From contig JBCCXZ010000010.1 in NCBI GenBank assembly GCA_039190745.1, positions 1-64,000 of the forward strand: a stretch of 64,000 nucleotides of DNA, read 5' to 3'. The DNA comes from Planctomycetota bacterium. GTDB taxonomy: Bacteria; Planctomycetota; Planctomycetia; Pirellulales; Lacipirellulaceae. Numbering within the stretch: the stretch's first letter is position 1; each line of letters starts with the position of its first letter. Shown here piece by piece: positions 1-9,102 of this stretch. Below the pieces are notes generated by a model. It was not told the origin of the DNA. It did no database searches and saw only the letters and a list, made by a program, of their open reading frames with translations. Both the position numbers and the translations under genes were made by a program.

Positions 1-225
1 CTTCTTGGTCGCCTTCTTCTTGGCGGTTTTCTTCTTCGCTACCTTCTTTTTGGCCTTCTTCTTCGTCTTCTTCTTGGCGGCCTTTTTCTTGGTCTTCTTC
101 TTGGCGACCTTCTTCTTGGTCTTCTTCTTGGCGACCTTCTTCTTCGTCTTCTTCTTGGCTACCTTCTTCTTCTTAGTCGCTTTCTTGGCAACCTTCTTTT
201 TGGCTGCCTTCTTCTTCTTCGCCAC
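1..225 (-). CDS. Lys/Ala-rich histone H1-like protein, 5' part (runs off the window)
   Basis: GTG at 225 preceded by GGAGG (233-237); reads MAKKKKAAKKKVAKKATKKKKVAKKKTKKKK...; the ORF track shows only the antisense Phe-rich frame. Confidence 0.85.
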   Translation of the reverse strand, partial: MAKKKKAAKKKVAKKATKKKKVAKKKTKKKVAKKKTKKKVAKKKTKKKAAKKKTKKKAKKKVAKKKTAKKKATKK

Positions 226-1257
226 AGCTATTCCTCCAAAAAAGTGGAAGAGCGACTCGACCTCCAGGTCAACTCGAAGGGCCGAGTCCTCTCGGTAATC
301 GCTCTACTCGCAAGGAGACTTTTCTCCCAAAGAGCAAGCGGAACACGTTGCCGTTCCAAACGGCAGGCTCTGTTGGATCGCAGACTTCGTCACGCAACTG
401 AGAGCAATGAAGGAAGAGCTGTCGTCCATGAACCTGCGGTATTTGTACGCATTCGATCAAAGAGTGCAACACTTCTTCACGAAAAACTATGGTGCTTCGC
501 ACAGTTTTTTTGCTCGCTTCAACTAGCGCGATCCTCTCGATCAGAAGCGGGAATGGTTCGTGATCTCTGTTGATGCTCTTCTGAGTTATCGAAGTATGCG
601 ACGCGTCTTGCGAACGCCAGGACGTTGCGAAGAGCACAAGAATGATCTGTCGATTCTTGCCGAGCGCACCCGCAACGCTAGGCCGCGAGCCTCATGGCAT
701 GCATGCCGCGCTGGAAGTTGGCTTGCACTCGCCTTGATAGCCAAGTTCAGAAATAGCCTAGATTTATCGCCTCAAGAGCAAAGATGGGACAACTCTCGCA
801 AAGCGACACTGAAGCACATCAGAATTACTTATCGCTCATGACAAGTTGTCTTGCATAAGGCCACAAGTAGGCAAGTCCGCCCAAGTCATTAGGCAAGGCA
901 TCGATTCGCGAGCGACCGAAGCTCGAAGCCGAGTGGCATCGCATACTCTCGAACTCGACCAACATGAAGTCCGTCCGCCACAAGGACAAGCGCTGCTAAT
1001 CGCCAACGTTCTTCTTGGTCACTCTTGGCCGACTGATTTCTTGAATCAGCAATCTCGAAACCTCTTTCCGCCTGAAGGCGCCGGACAAGGCGTACCAAGG
1101 GAGTCGATTCTCGCCGGCAAGCGTCACGTTTTATGAAGTCGTTCAAGAACGGTAAGCAGAAGAAGCGGGGCACAATATATTGATCAACGCCCGCTTCTAC
1201 CGCGACCTGCCTCTACCCATTGTGGTCTTCGACACCCACCAACAGAATTGACGCCGC

Positions 1258-2019
1258 TTACCAAGCACTGCCGCGATAACGGGCGAGTGTTTGGTAGCTG
1301 GAGTAGGCAAGGTAGCCAAAGAGTAGCGTTACGTAGAGCCCATGCCGCAAGCCGTAGACGGCCATCAGCGAAGCAGCGACGATCGAAATCTTTAAGGAGA
1401 TATCCATCCCTGCACGGGTATTGCGGCCAAGCAGACACAATTCACGGGAGACACGGCCGCCGTCGAGTGGGTAGATCGGCAGCAGATTGATCAGGCCCCA
1501 AAAGATGTTCACGTAGAGGAGGCTTGAGATGATCCGCGTCGCGTTCTCCCCACCCGCGTCGGACCAGTAGCACCGCAAACCTACGAGTGAAAGGTAGTAC
1601 GCCCCATCGGGCAGATCGGCTTCTCGGAGAGCAACCCCAGCCTGGATTCCCAAGAGATTCAGGATTGCCAAGAGCAGGATTGCCAGAGCGAATCCGGCCC
1701 CTGGGCCAGCGAGAGCAATCAGAATCTGGCTCTTGGTGCTCTGATCGCAGTCGTCGCATGAGGCCATCCCGCCGAATGCATAGAGCGTGATCCAAGGCCG
1801 GCCGCCGTAGTGGCGTTGCAGAAACGCATGGCCCAACTCGTGCACCAAGATGGAGACCAAGACCACCGCGACCCAGATTAATACATGAGCGGGCTCTCGG
1901 CTGCCGCGGAACGACAACAGGACTGTGGAAACCCAAAAAAGCGGGTGGATCCGCACCGGGAATCCGAAGACGCGGAAGTGCAGGTCGCCCTGAGACGGCG
2001 GCGGGTCAATCAGAAACAC
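1258..2019 (-). CDS. Site-2 protease (peptidase M50) membrane metalloprotease
   Basis: HELGH and NLLPIYPLDGG motifs with TM segments; likely GTG start at 2019, just after the lpxB stop. Confidence 0.9.
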   Translation of the reverse strand: MFLIDPPPSQGDLHFRVFGFPVRIHPLFWVSTVLLSFRGSREPAHVLIWVAVVLVSILVHELGHAFLQRHYGGRPWITLYAFGGMASCDDCDQSTKSQILIALAGPGAGFALAILLLAILNLLGIQAGVALREADLPDGAYYLSLVGLRCYWSDAGGENATRIISSLLYVNIFWGLINLLPIYPLDGGRVSRELCLLGRNTRAGMDISLKISIVAASLMAVYGLRHGLYVTLLFGYLAYSSYQTLARYRGSAW

Positions 2020-2035
2020 GGTCGCCCCCTTTGCC

Positions 2036-3250
2036 TCAAGCGGCCTGGTGAGCCGGCCGACCGTCTTCGGCGGAGAGCACGCCGAGGATGTAGTTCGCGG
2101 CACGGACGGAAGCTCCACCGCTGCAGAGCTCCTGTTTGAGCGTCGTGAGTTGCGCGACCGTTTCCCTCTCGGACGCTTCCTTGGTGAGCCAGTCCACTGC
2201 GTGCGATGCGAGCTCTTGGGTTCGGTCCCCGCATGTGAGGTACTCGGGCATAACAACGCGGCGGTCTCTTGGGTTCCCCGGCTCGTACCGAGAAGCGGGG
2301 AAGGTCGTTGAGGGGTCGTCGGCGGTGAGCAGATTGACGAGTGTGATGTACCGCACTCTACGGAATATGCTTTGCACCAAATAGCCAACTCGGGAAACCC
2401 GGTAAAGGATTGCCGCGGGCTTACGATGGTATAGCAGCTCCAACGATACCGAACCCGAGCAGGCGAGGCAGCAGGTTGCGGCTTCAATCAACTCAGGGGT
2501 TTTCGAAGCGTGGATGTCGATGTCGAGCGAGGCGGGGGCCATCTGCTCGGCTAGCTCCGCCTGTTCTGGCTTGTAGGCGGCGACGAGAAATCTCGTGCCT
2601 GGAACTTCTTCGTGGATGATCTCCGCGGTCTGCAGCAGTGAGGGCAGGTTGTTGCGGACCTCAGAGTCACGGGACCCCGGAAGCAGCGTGACAATCGATC
2701 TGCTGGATTGTCGGAGCTGTTCGACCAAGGATTGATCGATCTGGCGGTTCCGCAGCTCGTCAAAGTAGGGGTGGCCGACGTAGGTTGCGTTGACGCCTCG
2801 GTCTCGGAACCAAGTCTCTTCGAAGGGCAGTTTGCAGAGAGCGTGGTCAACGTTCCGTCGCATCTTGCGGATTCGCCAGGGCGCCCAGGCCCAGAGCTGG
2901 GGCGTGCCGTAGTAGACGACGGGGATTCCGAGCTTCTTGGCCCGCTTGGCGATGCACCAGTTGAAGCCGGGGTAGTCGATCAGGACCACCACGTCCGGCC
3001 GCTCTTGCTTCAGGTGCTCCTCGGCTTGCTGCAGCAGCCTGCGGAAGTGGAAGTAGTTTTTGATGACGTCGGCGACCCACATCACGGCCAGCTGGGTGAG
3101 GTCGTGCAGCAGTTCGCAGCCGGCGTCCTGCATCTTGGGGCCGCCGAAGCCGACGCACTCCGCGTCCGGCATCCGCTGCTTAAGCTCACGGATGAGGTTC
3201 GACCCGTGGAGGTCGCCGCTCGGTTCGCCGACGGAGAAGAAAATACGCAT
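2036..3250 (-). CDS. lpxB: Lipid-A-disaccharide synthase
   Basis: GEPSGDLHG, IDYPGFN, PQLWAW, YVGHP and LLPGSR motifs. Confidence 0.95.
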   Translation of the reverse strand: MRIFFSVGEPSGDLHGSNLIRELKQRMPDAECVGFGGPKMQDAGCELLHDLTQLAVMWVADVIKNYFHFRRLLQQAEEHLKQERPDVVVLIDYPGFNWCIAKRAKKLGIPVVYYGTPQLWAWAPWRIRKMRRNVDHALCKLPFEETWFRDRGVNATYVGHPYFDELRNRQIDQSLVEQLRQSSRSIVTLLPGSRDSEVRNNLPSLLQTAEIIHEEVPGTRFLVAAYKPEQAELAEQMAPASLDIDIHASKTPELIEAATCCLACSGSVSLELLYHRKPAAILYRVSRVGYLVQSIFRRVRYITLVNLLTADDPSTTFPASRYEPGNPRDRRVVMPEYLTCGDRTQELASHAVDWLTKEASERETVAQLTTLKQELCSGGASVRAANYILGVLSAEDGRPAHQAA

Positions 3251-3333
3251 CCGGGCTCCGGTCCTGATTCGCTTGGCTCTGGCTGGCCTGTAGGGGCCGC
3301 AGAGTATGGCAAAGGCGACTGTGCGGCGGTACC

Positions 3334-3891
3334 TCAGTTGCTATCGGTCGGCTGAGCTAGCAGCATCTCGAGGTAGCCACGCCGCTCTTGGCCGCTGAGG
3401 CCGAGTTTCTTGGCCAGTGCGAGCAACGAGTCTCTTGCGGCAGGGATCTCTTCGTCCTGGGTGACGACCAGCTCGATTTCCACGAATTCTCCCAGGGCGT
3501 CCACACTGTCGATGGTCAGTTCAACCGGAGCGGACCTCGCCGTTGTGCGGAAGCAGCGCCGGCTCTTGCGGACCTCGGCGACGTGGTTGAAGCCTAGGGC
3601 TTGCAGCAGCTCTCCGGCGTGTTCGGGGGTGGAATGGATATGGACCTCGACTTCGCGGCGGGTCTTGGTCTCGGAGTCGATCTTGGGGCCCTTGTACGTG
3701 AAGCAGACGCGGTCTCCGTCGGCTCGGACGCGGAGGGCTTCGTCGGTGGCCGCAAAGTCGCGGATGGGGTGGTTGTAGTAGGCGTCGGATTGGCGACGCT
3801 CGCCGCTCTCCTCGGCGCCCAACGCTTGGAGCCTGGCAAGCAGCGCGGCTTTGTCGGTGAGCGGGAATTTGAGTTCGACTTCGTAGGGCAT
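3334..3891 (-). CDS. cyaB: Class IV adenylate cyclase / CYTH-domain protein
   Basis: EVELKF N-terminus, ALRVR, TYKGP and FVEIE motifs; ATG at 3891. Confidence 0.85.
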   Translation of the reverse strand: MPYEVELKFPLTDKAALLARLQALGAEESGERRQSDAYYNHPIRDFAATDEALRVRADGDRVCFTYKGPKIDSETKTRREVEVHIHSTPEHAGELLQALGFNHVAEVRKSRRCFRTTARSAPVELTIDSVDALGEFVEIELVVTQDEEIPAARDSLLALAKKLGLSGQERRGYLEMLLAQPTDSN

Positions 3892-3904
3892 GGGCGACCG
3901 GCTG

Positions 3905-5326
3905 TTAGGGCTTGAGGTAAGTCGTACCGGTGATGTTCCCAATAGCGCCGGCCTTCTCGGCCAGCAGGTCTGCGTCGAGTGCGAACCGGGGACTGATCTC
4001 GACCGTGGCGGAATCGGGCACTTCGACGCCCGCGGCGGCGAGCCAGCCGCGGTGCTGCCGGGTCATCAGCTCCTGCACGTACTCGGGCGTGTCTTTGGGG
4101 GCCCCGCTGGCGTTCTTCAGCGGTGCGAAGCAATCCGCCTCCCCGTACTCGACCACGATCGGACGCTCGGCGTGCGGCAACAGGTCGAAGATGAAGCGCT
4201 CGAACTTGAGGGCGTTCGGCTCGCTCGGTTTGACCGCTTGGCCGGCGGCGTCGATGTGGGGGACCTTCTTGTGGGCGATGTGGATCGGGAGCGAGTCTTT
4301 CTCGCCGCGGGCCCGATCGAGGAAAGCGGTGTCGAAGATGTGCACGGCGATGCTGCCGGCCCAGAACTTGAGGCCTCCATCGGCGTCGCGGAGTTCGGCG
4401 ACTTCGTCGGGGAAGTCGCTGTACTCGATGACCAGCATCTTGTCGTCGACCATGGCAAAGTTGCCGAGCTTGTCTTTGGGCTCCTGCTTGGCCACGGCAA
4501 CTGAGGTGAGTTCCGACTTGGCGAGTCGGTGGTACCCGATGAGTTCGGGGTCACAGATGGGTACGAGCGGGTTGTCGACCTGCAGGTAGAAGAGGTGCTC
4601 GACGCCGGCTTGGATCAGCCGGTCGAGGGCGCCGCTGCTGTCGAGGCCGGCGAGCGTGCCGCCGTGGCCGTCAGGGCTGCGGAAGAGGGCGTCGCGAGAG
4701 GCGAGCAGCAACTTTCCCGTCTCGGCGTCGACCGCAGGCATGGTCCCCTGGCAGAAGACGGTGAGCTGCTCGGCCGGCAACCCGAAGCGGTTGTTGTCTT
4801 CGAGGTAATGCAACGTGTCGTCGTGCGTGGCGGGGCTGGTCATCAGGAGCAAGTGCACCGGCGCGCCGTAGTGCTCGGAGGCAGCGAGGACCTTCTCGAT
4901 GTGGATCTGCCCGAGGGTGGCTTTGGAGACGGGGCCGATGGGGTACATGGCCTTGGGCTTGTCGAAGCCGAGCCGGCTGCCCTGGCCGCCAGCGGTGATC
5001 AGCACGGCGACCTTGCCCTCGCGGAGGGCCTGGATGCCTTCTGCTCTCGCGGCTTCGGGGGTGATGCCTAGGCTGTTTGGCCCCGCGGCGTTCCGCTCGG
5101 CGAGCCGGACCGCTTTGGGCGGCTCGGCGCGACGTGACAGCGCGACCCAGTCGTCGCCGTGTGACTCGCCGCGGACAAGGCCGTCGAGTTGCTCGAGGTC
5201 AACCGCCTCGAGCTGCTGCAGCAGGTCTTCCCGTTCTTGCTGCTGCAGGTTGTCCCAGAACGCGAAGACGTGGTCTTGGCCGAACTTGCGGTAGCGATCG
5301 CGGAGTTGGTCGAGTTCTGCATTCAT
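3905..5326 (-). CDS. UDP-N-acetylglucosamine / UDP-glucose pyrophosphorylase (UDPGP type 1 family)
   Basis: AGGQGSRLG..PK, SPDGHGG, QVDNPL, IEYSD and KFERFIFD motifs. Confidence 0.9.
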   Translation of the reverse strand: MNAELDQLRDRYRKFGQDHVFAFWDNLQQQEREDLLQQLEAVDLEQLDGLVRGESHGDDWVALSRRAEPPKAVRLAERNAAGPNSLGITPEAARAEGIQALREGKVAVLITAGGQGSRLGFDKPKAMYPIGPVSKATLGQIHIEKVLAASEHYGAPVHLLLMTSPATHDDTLHYLEDNNRFGLPAEQLTVFCQGTMPAVDAETGKLLLASRDALFRSPDGHGGTLAGLDSSGALDRLIQAGVEHLFYLQVDNPLVPICDPELIGYHRLAKSELTSVAVAKQEPKDKLGNFAMVDDKMLVIEYSDFPDEVAELRDADGGLKFWAGSIAVHIFDTAFLDRARGEKDSLPIHIAHKKVPHIDAAGQAVKPSEPNALKFERFIFDLLPHAERPIVVEYGEADCFAPLKNASGAPKDTPEYVQELMTRQHRGWLAAAGVEVPDSATVEISPRFALDADLLAEKAGAIGNITGTTYLKP

Positions 5327-5378
5327 CGGCGTGCGTGATTGATTTGGGAGTGTGTGGGCATTCGCGGCATGGGATGGC

Positions 5379-5495
5379 TCAGAACCACCAGTCGTTGACC
5401 CAGGCGTAGGCCAACAGGCAAAGCAGCGGGAAGCCGAGGAAGACGATCGCGTACGTGAAGATGGTGGTCCAGACGTGTCGGGGCCAGCGGGCCAT
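5379..5495 (-). CDS. Putative 38-aa single-pass membrane peptide
   Basis: Hand translation MARWPRHVWTTIFTYAIVFLGFPLLCLLAYAWVNDWWF*; GC3-rich codons; below the ORF-track cutoff. Confidence 0.55.
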   Translation of the reverse strand: MARWPRHVWTTIFTYAIVFLGFPLLCLLAYAWVNDWWF

Positions 5496-5965
5496 GGCGT
5501 TGCAGTCGTGCGGGGTTTTGTCGTTTAGGCTCGAAATCGGGTACACGCGGCGTTACGCCAAAAATCGAGTGTTTTGTCACGCCTTGCGAGCGTTCGGCCG
5601 CCGAGGCGTAGCGTGAAGGCTATCAGCAGGCGGTCTTAATGGTTGGGGGTTTACGTTCTGGGGCGTCGGGTTTTTGGTGACAGTATTGCTTGGTAGGGGC
5701 GAGGCGAGACCATGGGGTCCCAGCCGGCCGTAGGCCGGCGGCTAGTTGCCTGCCCGTGGGCAAACTCGGATTCAGCGGCCTCATTATCTCGGATGAAGTG
5801 GCCATTGGCGAGGAGGAACCGGGCCGTTGTCAGGCGGCCTCGGGGGGACGTATACTGTCGGATTCACTGCAGACTCCGGCCCGGCGGCGGGGGGCCCGTT
5901 GCCGTGGAGCCTTCCCTCAGATCCGATCCACCCCGCAGCTACTTCCAACGACTCAGGAGATTCCC

Positions 5966-7192
5966 GTGGCATCCGGCAACTACCTCTTTACCAGCGAATC
6001 GGTCAGCATGGGTCACCCGGACAAGGTTTCGGATCAGATCTCCGACGCGATCGTGGACGACATCCTGGCGAACGACCCGGACCCGGCGAACGCCCGCGTG
6101 GCCGTGGAGACGCTGGTGACGACCGGTCAGGTGGTGGTCGCGGGCGAGGTGCGGACGACGCACTACGTAGACGTGCAGAAGGTGGTCCGCGACACGATCA
6201 AGAAAATCGGCTACGTGCACAGCGACGTCGGCTTCAGCTACGACGCGTGCGGGGTGTTCAACGCGATCCACGAGCAGTCGGCCGACATCGCGCAGGGCGT
6301 CGACAAGGCGTCGGACGTCGAGGGCGAGCAGGGCGCGGGCGACCAGGGCCTGATGTTCGGCTACGCGTGCAACGAGACCGAAGTGCTGATGCCGCTGCCG
6401 ATCCACCTGTCGCACCGCATCGTCGAGAAGCTCGCCGAGCTGCGTGAATCGGGCGAGATCAAGTGGCTGCGTCCGGACAGCAAGAGCCAAGTCACCGTCG
6501 AGTACTCGCCGGAGAACAAGCCGCTGCGGATCGATACCGTGGTGGTGAGCACGCAGCACGACGAGTCGATCCTGACGGCCGATGGTCATAGCATCACCGA
6601 AGAAGCGAAGCAGGAGATCATCGAGAAGGCGATCAAGCCGGTGCTGCCCGCGGAGTACGTGAAGGGCGAGATCACCTACCACATCAACCCGACGGGCAAG
6701 TTCGTGATCGGCGGCCCGCACGGCGACACGGGGCTAACGGGCCGGAAGATTATCGTCGACACCTACGGCGGCCGCGGCCGTCACGGCGGCGGCGCCTTCA
6801 GCGGCAAGGACCCCTCGAAGGTGGACCGCAGCGCCGCCTACATGGCCCGCTACGTGGCGAAGAACCTGGTGGCGGCCAACTTGGCGGACGAGGTCGAGGT
6901 GCAGCTCGCCTACGCGATCGGCGTCGCCGAGCCGGTGAGCGTGAACGTGAACACCTTCGGCACGGGCAAAGTGGACGACGAGACGCTGATCGGCCTGATC
7001 CGCGAGCACTTCAGCCTGACGCCGCTGGGCCTCATAAAGGAACTGGGCCTCACGAAGCCGGTGATGAGCGCTACCGCGGCCCACGGGCACTTCGGCCGCG
7101 AGCCGGGTGCGAACGGCGAATTCAGCTGGGAGAAGACCGACAAGGCCGAGAAGCTGGCTGAGGCGGCGGCTTCGACGGCGGCTGCTGGCTGA
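5966..7192 (+). CDS. metK: S-adenosylmethionine synthetase
   Basis: FTSESV..GHPDK, GAGDQG and GGGAFSGKD motifs; GTG start after AGGAG. Confidence 0.98.
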   Translation: MASGNYLFTSESVSMGHPDKVSDQISDAIVDDILANDPDPANARVAVETLVTTGQVVVAGEVRTTHYVDVQKVVRDTIKKIGYVHSDVGFSYDACGVFNAIHEQSADIAQGVDKASDVEGEQGAGDQGLMFGYACNETEVLMPLPIHLSHRIVEKLAELRESGEIKWLRPDSKSQVTVEYSPENKPLRIDTVVVSTQHDESILTADGHSITEEAKQEIIEKAIKPVLPAEYVKGEITYHINPTGKFVIGGPHGDTGLTGRKIIVDTYGGRGRHGGGAFSGKDPSKVDRSAAYMARYVAKNLVAANLADEVEVQLAYAIGVAEPVSVNVNTFGTGKVDDETLIGLIREHFSLTPLGLIKELGLTKPVMSATAAHGHFGREPGANGEFSWEKTDKAEKLAEAAASTAAAG

Positions 7193-7204
7193 GCTAGTTG
7201 GCCT

Positions 7205-7276
7205 GGTGGCATGGCCACGCTTGCGTGGCCATGAGCGTTACGGTCAGCATGCCCACGCGAGCGTGGGCATGGCACC
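7205..7276. repeat. REP-like doublet, family A (GGTGGCATG-CCACGC..GCGTGG-CATG)
   Basis: Two inverted palindromic units; a near-identical element lies at 24078-24150. Confidence 0.8.
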
Positions 7277-7336
7277 AACCACTTGCTGGCTGAGCCAGAT
7301 CCGCGTAGGCCGAAATCGAGACACTGCTTATGCTCC

Positions 7337-7379
7337 GGGAAGCCGGGGGCCGTGACGGCCGCCGGCTCCCCTTTTTTTG
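7337..7379 (+). terminator. Intrinsic terminator downstream of metK
   Basis: GGGAAGCCGG...CCGGCTCCCC hairpin followed by T7. Confidence 0.65.
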
Positions 7380-7391
7380 TGGGCTACGCAG

Positions 7392-8243
7392 ATGTCTTCC
7401 GCTCTACTTCAAACCGAAAAAGTTCTGCCCATCGACAGCTTCCGCGAGGAAGCTAGCGGACTGGCTTGGCTGGGTTTGCCGCGACTGCCCCAGTGGGCCG
7501 CGGTCGCGGGCGTGGTTCTGACTAGCGCGGTGGGCTTGCTTCTGACGGCCCGGCTTGCGCTGGGTGCGCTGACTGCGGACCTCCCGATCGGCCTCTCGGC
7601 GATGGTCGCGGCCGTTGGGACGTGTGTCGCCGTCTTCGCGCGGCGGGCGTTCGACGACCCCGAAGAGCCCGCGTGGGCGGTCCGTTGCGCGGCCTACGGC
7701 GGTTCGTTGGGATTGGCGCTGCTGGCGGTTTGCTGCTGCTCGGGCATGGGGATTCTTGATTGCCTGATATGGACGCCGCTGCTGGTCGCGGACCAGTTCT
7801 CGCGGCAGCATTACCTGGACCGCATCCCTGGCGCGCTCGAAGAGCTCTTGGGGGACGACTGCGAATCGCTCATCGGCGAAGAAGAGCTCCGTGCGTTCGG
7901 GGTGGAAACTCTGGCGTCTGAAGAAGAGTTGATCGACCCGCCCGCGACGGTGGACGACGGGATGATGCAGCAGCTGTACCGGGTGCGTGAGGCAGACGGC
8001 CGCGAGTGCGTGTACGCCACGGTGGGCGTGGAGTTCGCCGCTGAGCAGCGGAGCGGCACGGCCTTCGTGGCGTTCTGCCCTCCCCTGCCGCGGACGCCCG
8101 AGGTGGAGGCCGACCCGCTGAACTTCCCGGAGGCACGGATCGGGAAAGTCACGGCGTACCCGCACGGGGCGCAGATCGAGGTGAAGCTCTCGCAGCCTGC
8201 GGAGGATGCGTGCCGGGTGCTGATCGACTTGGCTGCTGGTTGA
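7392..8243 (+). CDS. Hypothetical membrane protein
   Basis: About 4 N-terminal hydrophobic segments and an acidic soluble C-terminal domain; coding-like codon bias. Confidence 0.7.
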   Translation: MSSALLQTEKVLPIDSFREEASGLAWLGLPRLPQWAAVAGVVLTSAVGLLLTARLALGALTADLPIGLSAMVAAVGTCVAVFARRAFDDPEEPAWAVRCAAYGGSLGLALLAVCCCSGMGILDCLIWTPLLVADQFSRQHYLDRIPGALEELLGDDCESLIGEEELRAFGVETLASEEELIDPPATVDDGMMQQLYRVREADGRECVYATVGVEFAAEQRSGTAFVAFCPPLPRTPEVEADPLNFPEARIGKVTAYPHGAQIEVKLSQPAEDACRVLIDLAAG

Positions 8244-8261
8244 GCCGATTGAAGCGAACGA

Positions 8262-8428
8262 GATGAGGGGGATATGGGAGATGAATGGGGATGAAGGAAA
8301 GAAGATCACTTTCTCCCAATCCACTTTCAGTCAATCGGCAGACTTGCCAACGGATTTGCGGTCTAAGCTACGGACGACTAGCAACGAAGCCCATCCCCCT
8401 TCATCCCCAACATCCCCCTATCTCCTTG
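8262..8428. repeat. Degenerate 9-mer (GGGGATGAA-like) inverted repeat pair
   Basis: Purine tract 8262-8305 mirrored by pyrimidine tract 8390-8428. Confidence 0.6.
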
Positions 8429-8570
8429 ACTCAATCGACTCACCATTCGAGGAGCGACTCGCGTTGTCGGCCGTTTGGGGCGGCACTATAATTCCCGGCG
8501 TTGTGGAAATGGGCGGTCTGAGTGGACTCGGAGGCCCTTATTGGGTTGGTCACTACCCCGGCGGTGATGC

Positions 8571-9056
8571 ATGCGCAGCGGTTTGCGGATCGGCCTGGGG
8601 GAAGACTCGCACCGGACCGCTGAGGGCGGGCCGTTGCGGCTCGGCGGGGTGACAATCGAGTCCGACGTGCACCTGCTGGGTCACAGCGACGCGGACGTGC
8701 TGCTGCACGCGGTGACCGACGCGGTGCTGGGCGCCGCGGGGCTGCCGGACATCGGCCAGCTGTTCCCCAACACCGATGAGGCCAACCGGGGCCGCGATTC
8801 GGGCGAGCTGCTGCGGATCGCCTACGCGAAGGTGCGCGAGGCGGGCTTCCGCTTGGTGAACCTCGACTGCGTGGTGGCGGCGGAGCGACCGAAGATCGGG
8901 CCGCACAAGGAACAGATTGTCGGGGCCATCGCCGGGCTGCTCGACTCAGAGCCGAGCCAGGTAAACCTCAAAGCCAAGACCGGCGAGGGCGTCGGCCCGG
9001 TGGGACGGGGCGAGAGCATCGAAGCCCGCTGTGTGGTTCTGCTCAACACTGAATGA
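8571..9056 (+). CDS. ispF: 2-C-methyl-D-erythritol 2,4-cyclodiphosphate synthase
   Basis: [27 protein letters not shown] and KAKTGEG motifs. Confidence 0.97.
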   Translation: MRSGLRIGLGEDSHRTAEGGPLRLGGVTIESDVHLLGHSDADVLLHAVTDAVLGAAGLPDIGQLFPNTDEANRGRDSGELLRIAYAKVREAGFRLVNLDCVVAAERPKIGPHKEQIVGAIAGLLDSEPSQVNLKAKTGEGVGPVGRGESIEARCVVLLNTE

Positions 9057-9102
9057 AACAGATTACGGATCAAGCAAGGACGAAGACGGGAAGCAAGTGA
9101 CT

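Noticed and set aside
5..298. Phe-rich 97-aa plus-strand ORF resembling a membrane protein
   Set aside because: It is the antisense shadow of the Lys-rich gene; the same applies to 31178-31825
5750..5800. GGGCAAAC resembling a c-di-GMP-I riboswitch start
   Set aside because: The GAAA-loop stem and GCAAAGC segment are absent
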